Shown piece by piece: positions 39,301-52,149 of a stretch of DNA of 64,000 nt (its first letter is position 1; every line of letters starts with the position of its first letter). The notes beneath the pieces were generated by a model, which saw nothing but the letters and a program-made list of their open reading frames with translations, was not told the origin of the DNA and made no database searches. Source of the stretch: Aplysia californica (taxonomy: Eukaryota). The DNA lies in the NCBI RefSeq assembly GCF_000002075.1, contig NW_004797660.1, forward strand, positions 327,071-391,070. The letters run 5' to 3'. Both the position numbers and the translations under genes were made by a program.

Positions 39301-41533
39301 AAGAACTTTTCAAAGATAATAGAGGAGGAAAACCCGGTAATAAAGAATGAAATAAATGGACCTCCAATACTGAAAGCAGAAGTACAAGCTGCCATTAGGA
39401 AAATGAAACAAGGAAAAGCCACAGGGCCAGATAATATTCCAGTTGAAGTGATTGTCGCGCTAGAAGAACTAGGCACTGAAATAACAACAAAGCTCCTAAA
39501 TGCTTTTTATGACAGCGGTGAGATCCCAGAAGATATGATGAAGTCAGTTTTTATAGCTTTACCTAAAACACCAGGTGTCACTGAGTGTGATATGCATAGA
39601 ACAATTAGCCTTATGAGTAATTTGACAAAAATATTGCTGCGAGTAATAATGGGAAGATTGAGAAGAAGTGTAAGACCAGAGGTATCTAAAACGCAATTCA
39701 GCTTTATTTCTGACAAGGGCACCAGAAATGCTATATTCACCTTACAAATGTTAATGGAAAGATGTATTGAAGCACAGAAAGATCTGTATTTATGCTTCAT
39801 AGATTATTCAAAGGCGTTCGACAAAGTTAGACATGATGAGCTATTTAAAATACTGGAAAAGCTAGACATAGATGGAAAAGATCTAAGAATTATCAGAAAT
39901 TTGTACTGGGACCAAAACGCTGCTGTACGAATTAATGGAGAATACAGGGAATATAAGCAGATTAGGCGAGGAGTGAGGCAAGGATGTGTTATGTCAACAG
40001 ACCTCTTTAACATGTACAGTGAAACAATCCTTAGAAACATAGAAGAATGCCCAGGCCTCAAAGTTAATGGAGAAAATATTAATAACATCAGGTATGCAGA
40101 TGACACGATTTTAATAGCAGGCTCCGAAAAGGACCTTCAAATGCTTCTAGATACTGTTGTAAAAGAAAGTGAACGTAAAGGATTATTGTTGAATGTAAAG
40201 AAAACAGAATACACAGTAATATCCAAAACAGCAGCAAATCCTAGTTGTAATCTCATTAGCAAAGCTGAAAAGATGCCAAATCTTCAGCAGAAATAAAAAG
40301 GAGAACTGCAATGGCTAAGGCTAGTTTCAATAAAATGAGCCCAATCCTGAAAAATAGAAACATATCAATGAACACCAAAATGAAAGTCCTGAAATGCTAT
40401 GTTTGGTCAACCCTTCTATATGGCTGTGAATGCTGGACAATCACTAAAGACAGTGAAAATAAAATAGAGGCAACAGAAATGTGGTTTCTTAGGAGACTGC
40501 TAAGAGTATCGTGGAAGGAAAAGAAATCAAATGAGGTAGTGCTTGATGAAGCCCACGTGGGACGCTCAATGTTAAAAACAATCAGGAAACGACAAATGCA
40601 GTTTTTGGGACACCTGAATAGACATAAGGGTCTTGAACATCTAGCTCTCACTGGCAAAATAGAGGGCAAGCGAGGCAGGGGTAGGCCCAGAACAACATAC
40701 TTAGGGAACCTAAACAAATGGGTAACAGGGAAAGATCAGGGAAACGTAGCTTTTCTGAGAGCATCTGAGCAAAGGAATGAATGGAAAATCATGATCGCCG
40801 ATGTCTGTCGCAGATCTGGCACTGGATGATGATGATGATGATTATTAGGGGCACTCCTTCTTTAATATAGAGAGTTGGTTCCATACATGGGGACCAAAGA
40901 AGGAAAAGGAACACTCACTGTATTTAATATAGTGTTGTCGTCATCGTCAAGTAATGTGACCAGACTGTTGACTGTGGATTATCTGCAAAGTGGTTCTAAT
41001 CACAAGCCTCTGAGAGTGGCTAGCCGCAGATTCAGAGTTGCAATATAGTTACTGACCTGATGTCATAATCTTCATAATGTAAATTTTTTAAGTGAATAGA
41101 AAAATTGTGTGTATGTACTGAATTTTTTAAAACCTTGACCCCAATAAATTCTGAGTATAGAAAACCAGTCCTGTCCTCATACTCATTCAAACAAATGTAC
41201 CGTGGTTTGTTTTGGCTGAACTTACACATGCAGCATCACCAAAGCCCACAAAATTGTAGACTTGTACAGCTCAAACACCTTTGTTTCCAGTAATGAAACA
41301 GTGCTCACAACTTTCTGTTTGACCTTGTTTTTTCAATGCATAGATAATTACTTGTTTTTTTGGGTTTTTTTGTTAAAATATTTTTTCAGTGGTACCTGAA
41401 CGATGCCTTTGGCCTGCAGACTTTAGCAAAGAGGGGAGGTCTTCATTTGCACACCATTCCTGGCATTCATCACGTCAGATGGCACAAGGAGTTACAAATC
41501 TTTAAATGCTGTGTTCTGCCTTGGCTTACATAG
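27324..41533 (+). CDS. PPT2: Lysosomal thioesterase PPT2 (palmitoyl-protein thioesterase family), 294 aa, 9 coding exons
   Basis: Exons 27324-27479, 29336-29489, 30784-30876, 32245-32299, 33024-33076, 35964-36053, 36202-36286, 37105-37159 and 41390-41533, all GT-AG and phase-consistent (885 nt). Signal peptide, VVLMHG, nucleophile [30 protein letters not shown] (Asp), D.FGL.TL, GIHH..W (His) and a terminal LPWLT*. Confidence 0.93.
27822..28432. mobile_element. MITE with TAG...CTA termini
   Basis: tagcttggtcactttcgtc ... gacaaaagtgaacaagcta; same TIR family as 33544-34196. Confidence 0.65.
29565..29868. mobile_element. TTAA-flanked MITE (piggyBac-like), partial second copy at ~37275-37435
   Basis: ttaaccttttatc ... 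gataaggagttaa. Internal catcactaaattggtcatt...gaacctattttgata recurs at 37330-37380. Confidence 0.55.
31070..31923. mobile_element. pogo/Tigger-type MITE (ggattcaacgag family)
   Basis: Repeated gttgaatcc motifs and terminus cagttccactg-TA. Similar to 4222-4808 and 43848-44300. Confidence 0.65.
33293..33357. repeat. 20-bp minisatellite x3 (atgactcacagtattatatc)
   Basis: Direct tandem repeat visible in the sequence. Confidence 0.9.
33544..34196. mobile_element. MITE with TAG...CTA termini
   Basis: tagcttgttcactttcatctgacc ... ggtcagacaaaggtgaacgagcta, ~33-bp imperfect TIR. Confidence 0.7.
34733..35790. mobile_element. pogo/Tigger-type non-autonomous element
   Basis: TA-cagtcgaacctgtcca ... 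tggacaggtttgactg-TA (15/16 TIR match). Confidence 0.65.
37545..38088 (+). mobile_element. tRNA-derived SINE with Deu/Nin-like core and LINE-derived tail, copy 5 (most complete)
   Basis: Head ggggctctcgtggcctagaggttaaag...gggttcgaatcc (A and B boxes). Core gccttctcgga...cacgttaaagatcccatgg...tcgataagagtagg. Tail ccttatgcagttgcgagcgttgtaaaac followed by an A-rich tract. Confidence 0.85.
38490..40842 (+). mobile_element. RTE-clade LINE, 5'-truncated, in the last PPT2 intron
   Basis: APE C-terminus ([24 protein letters not shown]), RT ([31 protein letters not shown]) and RTE C-terminus ([21 protein letters not shown]). One frameshift at ~39345, an internal deletion at ~40270 and a (GAT)n tail. 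Confidence 0.92.
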
Positions 41534-43439
41534 GTTGTAATTCATAGGTAAGGTATTGTAATAAGACATTCCTTTTGTTTGGTTTAGAACCACCTCGGTT
41601 TACCGAATGATAAAGATTCCATTCCTTTTGCCACTGCAGATTTATACCAAGAATCCTTCTCATTCAGAAAAGAGAATATAATATCAACTTTACTTTCAAA
41701 ACTTTCCGAGTTTCTGAAGAAGAATACCACCTGCTATAATTTTACCTGCCTTTGTATTTAGAATTTATCTTTACACATGTCTATATTTTTGTGAATTTGG
41801 TATCCCATGTTTTGGAAAAACATTAGGCTGCAAATTATGGACTTGTGTTCTTTATCTGTTTTTAAAAAAAATCTCTCTAATGTCGATGGGGGTGGTTAAC
41901 TCAAAGTGCAAGATGTGCACCTCATTTCTTCTCTCCTGTTCGAATCTTTTTATGATAAAAACAAAAGTTTCCCTGTTTTTCATATAGATGTGCACTTAAT
42001 TTTTTACCCCTCTAGAAGTGATTTATTTTCGTGCTCAAACAAGAAGAAAGTTGCCCAGAATTATATTCTACATTTAGCAGCATGAGTTTTTATTATTCAA
42101 CTTACAGATAGAAATGTTTGCGTTGTTTTTTCCCAAAGTTTTCCTATACGAGAATCATACGCCTTGTCTCAATGTGCAGACCACAATACCTTTACATTTT
42201 ATTTTTCTCTTTATGTGGGTTTTTTTCTGGTAAGCTTTAAAATGTTAAAGCCCATGCATTTATGTCAATTTAGATGTTACCTGTTGAAAAATTTCATGAG
42301 AGATCTATGATGGTAGACAAGTTGAGATCCATGACAACGTACAATTAGAAATCTTATTGTAGATACACCATGAGTTCTGAAATAATTCTGTTTTGTGTCT
42401 TACATACTTTGATAATATTTTTGATCTAGTAATATTATATGCAATTTTGATTTGCTTCAAGCAGAATTTCAGGGTCTGTATGTGTAGAATTTGATAGACT
42501 TTAACATTTTTTAGCAACATTGTGAAAAAAAATGTTTTAGGATGCAATGTGGGTCTTTACGAAATTGAAGGGACATGAAGTCTTTTAGAATTTTGTTTCC
42601 CCTTTATATGTAAGGTTCACATCCTTTGTGTTTCCTTTAGTTCTGAAAATCTTTTTACGTCTAACACCCCCCCCCCCCCACACACACACACACAGTCCAT
42701 AATGGTGAAGCAGTGTTTACTTGTCCAGGCTCAAGCCTCCTCCATGATAAAATTTTGAAGACCTACTTGTTAACCCCTTGGCTGCTAACTGTATAGATGC
42801 ACCCCACATGCTAAGGAAAATTCTACAGTGCACAAGACTTCACAGGTCACAATCTTTAACTGACAGTTGTTCACTTATTATAAGAGACAGGTTGGCAAAA
42901 CGTTTACCTTTATAAAAAGATAAATGATAAGATAATTTCATCCATTGACAAAACCTGTATAGAACAAGCAGTAATGATGAAAAGAACTTGAAAGCACTAA
43001 GACTGAACCAGCTCTCCAATTCTATGCGATGACTCAGTCTCGCATGATGTGTATGAGAAAGACAACTCGCCTTAGCTCAGGCTACACGTCAAACTATATA
43101 TAATCAATAGAGAGAGAAATGAAGAGATGGTTTTATTCACAGACAAAACTCGAATAGAACAGGCCGTAATGATGTAAACAGGTATAAAACGCCTAGACTG
43201 AACAAGTATTACAAGTCTACGTGTCAGCTCTCTCTCTGACATGATATATGGAAGACAAATGACACACCTCGCTTTGTTTTTGGTTTTGAACCCGCATCCG
43301 CCATCCAATAGTCTATATATGTTGTTGTTTTCAAATCCCTTTAGCTGTGAGCATTTCACTCTTGGCAGCGCAATGCCTCCCTCAAGTAACCACATGTCCT
43401 TGTCATCTGGTCAATGCCAGAGTAAAGCAGGCTTTGTGA

Positions 43440-43835
43440 GTCTGTAGGTGTGTGTGTAGGAGCCTGCGTCGAAGAACTGCCAAGTTTGGGCTGTGAAAGA
43501 AAAGATGTTCAACGGTCTCCTCGTTGTAGTCACAGTATCTGCAATGGGGTTCCCACAAGGGGTTAATTCTGTTTATGTGCTTGTTGGTGTGTAAGTGTCC
43601 TGTGCGGGCTCTGAAGATCAATGTCTGATCGGCTCTACATAAAAGATTCTAAGGGTCTTTGGGGTTGGGTTTGTCCATGCGTTGGCCCATCTGTTTAGCC
43701 ACTCGTCTCTGCTTTTAGCTTGGATGATCCCTCTGTAAAAAGGCGGCTGTGTCTGTCTGGGGCAGGCTTGCTCCAGTCTTTGATAGCTGGTCTGCAGTCT
43801 TATTCCTTGGTACTTCAGAATGACCAGGCACCCAC
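43440..43835 (-). mobile_element. RNase H-type LINE 3' fragment
   Basis: Minus-strand W.PGH..I.GN..AD-like RNase H end, followed by IFRARTGH...CRYC...ETVEHLFF (CCHC knuckle). Confidence 0.65.
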
Positions 43836-43847
43836 ATAGTCTATATA

Positions 43848-44300
43848 CAGTGAAACTTGGATTCAACGAGCTGGAATTCAACGAGAACTTGGATTCAACA
43901 AGAGGAGATGGATTTCCCTTGGGTTTTTTTCTTCTTTAAAATCAATAAAAGTAACCCGGATTCAACAAGCACTTCAGTCAGCAAGCTCGGATTCAACGAG
44001 GTCACTTACATGATGAACAGCCCCCGGCAGACGTGGCTTCACTCATTTTTCTCCCACAATGAAACTGATCTATTCCTGGAAACCATCAATTGCACCTGCA
44101 TCGTGAACCATTATTCGCTTAGCAGATTGCATGCGACCAATCAGCGGCCTTCTTTAGCACATGTGTTGTTGGCAAGCGTGTGTCGGGGTTGGATGGGTGT
44201 TCTGCACATGTATGACTGTGTGTGCGTTTCGGGGGGCAGCATCAGTCCGGGCGTGGAACATCGCAGATCAGATACAAACACGTCAGTCTTAGAGGATCTT
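43848..44300. mobile_element. pogo/Tigger-type MITE fragment (ggattcaacgag family)
   Basis: TA-cagtgaaacttggattcaacgag terminus with about 5 subterminal ggattcaac repeats. Confidence 0.65.
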
Positions 44301-47300
44301 ATGCATACTGACAGTCTTTGTTTTCCCATTGCTTTGTCAGATTCAAACAGCAGGCTTGTTCAGTATTTTGTGGTTCTGAACAGTGCAGGAAGAGAAAAGA
44401 TAAATTATGATAAGAGAAGCACATTGCATTGGATAAAACTGATAATGTGGATCTTTCAGGTTTTCATTTTTTTGAATATAAATTCAGTTTTTCACTTTAA
44501 ATGTATCTCAATCTTACATAATAATTTTATAATCTGAAAAATAAAATGAAACAGAAAGAAGAATTTGATTTCATTTTTTAGACAATATTATGTCAATCAT
44601 TTTTCTACTACTAGACTACTTGTTTCTAATAACTGTATTCTGAAAGGAAATCATGTCTTTAGTTTGAATATTTTTGGTAAACACTGTGTAGAGAGTATAT
44701 AAGTTTTTGGTTTTTTAGTTTTTGATATATAACTTTTGTCTGGTTTTACAAAATAAATCTTATTTAGATTTTTCATCCTGATAGCCTGAAAGCTGGAACT
44801 TTCTTGTCTAGTAACACTGTCTCATTTGTACAAGTTGTGCAGAACGTGTGTTCAAATCAAGGAGTGCTGATGATAAAACATTCCACTGGGTTTTTTTTTT
44901 ATGTTTCTACACGTCAAATTTTGACTGCAAAGTTGTTTAAGCTCTTCTCAATGCCCTGTTGCATAAGACCCTAAATATGTACATCTTAGTTGTATGTTTA
45001 TGTTGACCCTCGTTGTCCAGAAGGATTGCTGCCAAAAATAATGTCCTGTGATTATGATGTTGTCCTGATTTACACCATTTTATGTCCTTTAACATCTAAC
45101 TTTTCTAGTATTGATCAAAACCACATTACTAACTATCTCTAAAGACTTGTCACAATTTCATTGGCCTGTAAATCTGTAGCAGTAAGTGAATTGGGAAGGT
45201 TGGCAATGGGATTTCAAGTTGGAATATATTGTATTCAAAGCCAATTGTAATGGTTTTGTGAAAAAGAAGTTGACTGTTTTATATTGCTTTTGTTTGTTTT
45301 TTATTATTATACATTAAAAATTATTGATGTCCTGTTGGAAAAGGTCTTTCACTTTGTTGGTTGATGTTATTTTGATATATATCTATTCAAAGAAATCCAT
45401 TTTTATGAGGATGCATTTATTATTATTAAATAATTAGATATTGGACATCATGATATTATCATTCATGTAGAATTGTACCGGTTGTTTGCTCAAAATTAAT
45501 GTACGTTATTCCCAGTGAAGATGTGCTCTTCTATAGTGCGGTAAAAAATTTATGACGTAACTTATCATGGATTATTTCCTCAATTATCGAACTTTGACTC
45601 TCCAGCTTTTGCACAACGTGTATCAATTTGTCGTAACAGATCAACATTCTTGTAAACACCTGTTAACTTTATTCTATAAAATTCCTTTATAAACACTAAT
45701 TTTAAAAAATCCCAGTGGATGGCTTCTACAGATTTTATAAGTTTACATCTTATGAGCTGGGATGATATGGCTTTTAAAAGCAAATTTGTCTAGTGTTTCT
45801 AATCATGACACTACATTTATTGAATGCATGTTTTTGAGAATCTTAAGTGCAAAAAAGTGTTTGCAATAAAACATATTTTTTGTTACACCTTTTGCTATTA
45901 AAGAGTGTCATTGGTTGGCAGTGATGTAGGCCATATGCGTATTCAAAATGTGTGCTAGAAGCAAAAAGTGCTGTGATTACTTCTATTTTTCTGCATCACT
46001 GACATGTGTAGTACCGGTATTTTATATAAATTTATGAAGAAACACTTTTTTTATCTTGCCTAAATTGTTGTGGAAAAATAAGATCAAGTTAAAACAGACT
46101 GATACAAACTGCTGTGCAAAGTATAGGGAACATTGATTCACCCATTAAAAGGATATTTGAGGATAAGTTGCGCCACAAATTTTTGACTGCACTGTAGTAT
46201 TACATGTTGAAGATTTGGGGGGTTTTTTGTTAACTGCTGAATGGAAAGTTATGCGTTGGAAATATGAGCTGAGGATTCCACATGCACTTTGGGGAGGATG
46301 AAACAAGTGCTTCCTAGCTACAAGTGTATAAGAGTATCAGAATTTCAGGGAGTACTTATCTGGCTCATGCTCAGAGAAACTCTCTGAAGTCTTACTCTTG
46401 GAAATAATTGTGCCTTACTGAAACAACATCAGAAGCTTTTCAGCAAATTGTCCTATATCTGATTGTAAAAGACAAGAAAAGTGCTATTCTTTTACATGTG
46501 AAATGAAATAAGTGTTTTCTCAAGGATTATTATTCATGCAGCAGTATATGATCATTAAAGCCAGTCAAGATTCCTGAATGATTTTAGTTTGATGCTTTTC
46601 ATTCTTGGTCATACTGAAAAGTAACATTTATTATATCATAGTATAATTTCTGTGTAATTTGTTTTTGATGCAAAAGAATTTCCAGAGGATTATGCCTTTC
46701 CAACTTACTTTTTTTTCAGCAGAAAATTTAATTTTTGCATTAGGTGCATGTACTTGCTTGGGTATTTGTTAAAGTTAAAGGTAATTGAGTCAAGGGTAAA
46801 TTTTCATTCCTGTACATTCTACCCCACTTTTACAAAATTCACAAAAAAGTGCAGTTTTTGTTTCAGTATCTTTATGTCCAATATTATGTCAGGGAATTAT
46901 ATATGTATATATAGCCTACAGACTTGCCTCTTATCTTTGGCGCGATGCTTTTATATTGTTTTGTATCTTTCATTAAATATTTACAATCTTAACCGCATAA
47001 AGTAAATTGCTTAAACATGGGAGGTCCAAATGTCTGAGTTTACTCAGTTATCAGATATGACATTGATGTGAGCCTTTAAAACTCTGCAAAAAGTATGCAG
47101 GTTTAGAAATGCCCTTCAGGGATAATAAAAGATCATCAAAGAGGGACGAAGTACTCATTGGAAATTTTCGCTTCTGTGACTAAACAGGTCATTATCAGAA
47201 AACTGCGTTTTGTGTTACGCTAATACTTTGAAAACAACTTAATTCATTTTGTTTTTTCTCTTGTTATGGTTGCAAATAAACAGAATAAAATGATGAAAAG

Positions 47301-47799
47301 TCTCATGTGTGCATTTTATTCAGGTTGATGTGAGTTTGCTTAAATTATGAAATAAAGTGTAGGCCTATTGTATGTTTGTGTTTGTGCTGGCATGTGTATG
47401 TATGAATTTGTGCACTGATGAGTTTAGGAGTTTATTTGTGTGTGTGTATCCCATCAGTATGTTCCTAAATTTGTTTCTTAATTATTGTTTTTCATTGTAT
47501 GATTGCTGGCATGGTCTCAAAGTAATTTATTATTTTTGATGTGAGGTTTTGTTTGCTTTTTGGGGGATGATGGGGGTGGGGGGTTGTTTTGCTTACTGGA
47601 AAAAAAAGAGGGGGGAGAGGGGGTAAGTGGTTATGAGTCATTTTGAAGGTGAAGCTGGGACCTTGGTATAATAGCCTGACAGTCAGGCTGAGACTGAGAT
47701 TACTGAGAGACAAATGTTGAACAACTTCAATATTTGGATTCTATTTATTTTGACATTGAGGCTCTAGAAGAGCCTGTTCGACTATCTGGTAAATTGACT

Positions 47800-47935
47800 G
47801 ACTATGAATGCAATGGGTAACAAATGTGTAACAGGGAAAGATTAGGCTCTTTTTTAAGAGCATCCGAGCAAAGGAATGAATTGAGAACCATGATCGCCGA
47901 TGTCTGTCGCAGATCTGGCACTTGATGATGATGCA
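47800..47935 (+). mobile_element. 3' end fragment of the same RTE family
   Basis: catgatcgccgatgtctgtcgcagatctggcact-(gat)n is identical to 40790-40840. Confidence 0.85.
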
Positions 47936-48429
47936 TTGCGTGCAGGCTAGACTAATCAGTCTTGGAAAGTGGGGTTGTAGATCGTTGGGAGATCCTTCCA
48001 GTATTCGTCCAGACGTCTCTTGAATGTGTCCACCGATGGAGCTGACACCACTGACTCGAGATGATTGTTCCAAATAACATTCACCCAATTTTCAAAGAAG
48101 TTTGCCCTCACATACTACCTGCTTCTTTGCTTCTGGAGCTTCTCTGAGTTACCACGGAGTTGTGCGGTGGTAGCCTTTGTAAAAGCTGGTCTTTCGGTGA
48201 TGTAGTAGCCTTTGATGTACTTATATGTGTGGCGTGCTGACAAAATGAGTTACTTCTCGCAGTCCACAGAAGGAGATATTTTCAAAAAATCAACACCGAG
48301 GTCAAATTAGTAGATCTTCTATTGATTCTCTATTTTTTATGTATAACATGCCTCTTATTATTTCATACTTATAAATTGTAAAACTTCACTTATAAGCATG
48401 ATGTTGCTACTTCCATAAGACTTGAATCC

Positions 48430-49220
48430 GAGAAGTAACTCATTTTTTCAGCACACTTCACATAGGCTATATGTTTCGATCATATCACCACATAACCTAC
48501 GATGTTCTAGGGATGGAAGCTTTAGTTACCTCAGTCTTTCAGAATAAGTGTTTTCTTTGAGGTGACTCAGTATTTTGGTAGCCCACCTTTGAACTTGTTC
48601 GATTTCACTACATAGTCCTTCCAAGTCAAAAGGTTGCCAAACACAGTGTGCTCACTCTAATAACGGCCTCATTAAACTCTTGCAGAGCAAAACAAACATC
48701 CTCAGAAAGGTAGTCAAGAGATTGCCTGATAAGTCCAACAATATGATTCGCTTTTGATGTTATCTGGGCTACGTGCTCCTTGAAGGTTAGTTTATCGTCG
48801 ACCACAACTCCTCAGTCTTTCTTTCTCTTTGCTATATTCAGTTTGTGTCTTGAGGTGCAACCATCCATTGTTTGGTCCATAAAGTATTCAGTATCATTGT
48901 CTTTGCTGACTTTTAGGACACAACATTTGTACGGGTGGAAACGAAGTAACCACCGCAGAGACCATTCTTGGAGAGTTTCCAAGTCATCATGAAAATCTTG
49001 CGGCCCATTCACGGTGTCACTTCTAACGTAAAGCTTTGTGTCATCAGCGAACAATTTTAGCCGTTTTTTTAATGTCCTGTGGGAAGATTGTTAATGTAAA
49101 CAAACAAAAAAGAGGAGGCTTAGAACTGGTCCTTGCGGGATTCCACTTGTAACTTCAGCTTCCTCGGCTGATCGTGAACTCGTTGTTTTTTGCTGGCCAA
49201 AAAGTCTTACTTTAACCAAT
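48430..49220 (-). mobile_element. CR1-clade LINE RT fragment, decayed
   Basis: VTSGIPQG-like motif, FADDTKLY, DLETLQEWS..W.LRF.P.KC and KD.GVVVD.KL.F..HV. Confidence 0.8.
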
Positions 49221-50610
49221 CATTGCTTTAACTTAACCCACTTGAGTACCTTCCCTTTAGCACCGCATGCTGGGAGATATAAGTAAACCAAGAACTTCAG
49301 AATTTAGGCAAATTCATATATATGAATATTTGTATTAGCCTTGGAGTTGATTTATTTGAATGTGAGAATGTAGTATGTCTACCTTTCCAGCCACTTATGA
49401 GTATGAAACACTCTGAAGTAACCTTTGAACATGAGCAGGGGCGTGTGTAAGTTAGCAGACAAATACAATATTTTAAAAAATCATTTATTTCTGTACTTGC
49501 GTACCCAACCGTAAGCAATTAATCAAATTGCNNNNNNNNNNNNNNNNNNNNNNNNNNNNNNNNNNNNNNNNNNNNNNNNNNNNNNNNNNNNNNNNNNNNN
49601 NNNNNNNNNNNNNNNNNNNNNNNNNNNNNNNNNNNNNNNNNNNNNNNNNNNNNNNNNNNNNNNNNNNNNNNNNGAGCTCAAATTTCTATACTACATTGCT
49701 TTTCTAAAGCATGTATGCGGAGGGAGCTCTATTCAATTTGTGGGTGTGCACCATTATTACAGTCAGCAGAGACCTAATCCTGCCAATATTGTTGACAGCC
49801 TAAATTCAAAAGCAAGAAATGTGTTTTGACTGTGGTTTAATGGGCCTGTTTGAAAGATGGCAGTGGGAAGAAAGGGAACATTTGTAAACCGATTTTTTTT
49901 CTTTTAACTTACGTTTGAGTTTGGGTATCATGTCAAAGATCATAATTTTCTATTCTAATCCAGATCTAGATAAACTATGTAACACACACAAAAAACTGCT
50001 TCTTCAAAAATCAACATAAAAGTCATGAATAAATATGTTTATAATAAACTAAAAGTTGTATTTTTTGAAAATTGTGAAGCATGCAATAGCCTATCGATCT
50101 CAGGTTTACAGTACATTAAAAAAAAATCCATTTCCCCCAAGGAGGAGAGAAAAGGCCGATATATGGGTTTTGGGAATGTAACAACAAATCACACCAGTTT
50201 CTGGGGCTTTTGCCCCCCCCCCCCCCCCCCCCACACTCTTACATTTGTTTTACTTTTGCCCCCCCCCCCCCCCCCATAACAGTACATTGCTCCCTTATGA
50301 TAAAAATAATATGACATTTTTATCGCGCAAATCTGTGAAACAATCATTGTTCCATGCGCACTGCATAATATTCATGAAAAACATGCATACACACATACAT
50401 GCACATAATAATATATGCACTAAAATATAAGAGGTGCCACGACATGGTGGGATCAGGCGCTCGTCAGTTTTGAGGCATACGGAGTTATTGATCTCATCTT
50501 AAAACCTGTCCATTTACCTTCCTTTTGATAAAAACGATATATCCATCTATGCTGAATAGAAGTCGAAATATTTGCGATTGAAGGAGGTGTGGGTCACCTG
50601 ATTTCAGGGG

Positions 50611-50643
50611 CACAGAATTCTACACTAAGTGTAGAATTCTGTG
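50611..50643. mobile_element. 33-bp perfect palindrome flanked by an 8-bp direct repeat (probable P-type excision footprint)
   Basis: ttcagggg-CACAGAATTCTACACT-A-AGTGTAGAATTCTGTG-ttcagggg. Confidence 0.7.
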
Positions 50644-52149
50644 TTCAGGGGTAAATTTAGTGAGAAAACGACCGCCAAAGTTTGATAACTTCAAGAGAGC
50701 CTTTAAAACTGAAAAATCACAAATTTTGTGCATGTAATGAACGTTTTTCAGTAAAATTCGCATGGAAATGTGTTATTATATGGACGAAAAAGGTGTTTAG
50801 CAGAAAAACAAAAATTCTATAAAAGTTCCCAAACCTGCGGGAAAATGCCATTTTTTTCACTTTCATTATTTTGACGAGCGCCCGATTTCACCACGCTGGA
50901 GTAAATCATTCAAGCAAATATTGCATACTCTTTCTTACTAATAAGGAAAAAATTGAGACTCATGTCAATGACAAAAGTGCCTTAATTACAATTAAAACAA
51001 GTTACACAGTGAAATTCTGATAAAGTCTACACCCCGGACAGAAAAAAGTGTTAACTTTGAGCAAGGTTGACTTTTTCCATTGTACTACACATACGGGCCA
51101 TTGAAAATTGAAGATGACAGCTACAAAATTACAAAGTACCTGGCAATAAACAAGATGTAATCTCAATTTCAGAGAGTATAATTCTGAAGTTGTCACCAAA
51201 ACAAGAGATAATGAAAGAACAAAGTAATTGGAGGTGTGTACACCACTAGCTCAGGCGAAATATCTCTTCTTAATTAAACGAATTCATCTAGGGATTTAGC
51301 CCCAAATTGTAGACTTTACACAAGCTTAACACTCAAGCGGTTGACTGTATCAGAAACACAATTAGATCTACTTAAAATTACTTGAACAAAGAAGGTAAAC
51401 AATGGGACCACAATGAAAAGTTGACTGTAAGCAAGAGTTGACTTTAGGCAAGTTGACTTTATTAGGAATCCACTGTATCTGTTATTACTGATCATTATGC
51501 TGAAAACAAAAAGTGAAATTAGGTATCACCAACAAAGGCAGTGTTCATCAAAAATATTTTTTCACCCCACAAAAGTGTATTATTACATTAGTTCAAGACC
51601 CCTCCCCCCTTTCTTACACTTTTCTTACAAGAGCCAAAGACACGCCCCCCCATGCGTAAGTTTATATTTGAACGGCCCCTTAGGCTATTCGAATTTTTTT
51701 CGTATGCACTTGCGAATAGAAAAATCAAAACATGGAAGAAGCCCCTCTCATCACGAAACGAAGACAACACATGCACGCCAGCCAGCAGTAGATCTACACT
51801 GCACACCCGCGGCTTGTACTGTAGCCAAGAGATCTACTGTGCTATAGTGTTGATCTAAACTAAATAGGATTACAACATACACACACTGTCCGTACGCTGC
51901 ACACTTATGATTTGCGGCTGTCTGTCATAGTAATCTTAGTAGATCTAGACTAGACTCTAGATAGTCTAGATTAAATCTAGACTCTAGAGATATTGGGTAA
52001 TAATAAGAAAGTAAGTGTTCGGCTCGGTTATGTTTTGCCTGTGTTTTTCAGTGTTTTTTTTATATTCATTTCATTCACTTGACTTCTATGAATGTCAGTC
52101 GACCCACTGCCCCTAGATCTAGATCAGGCAGACGTGTGCTGCAACCGGA

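Noticed and set aside
43857-44537. 226-aa ORF
   Set aside because: Runs through a MITE and AT-rich flank with no domain motifs.
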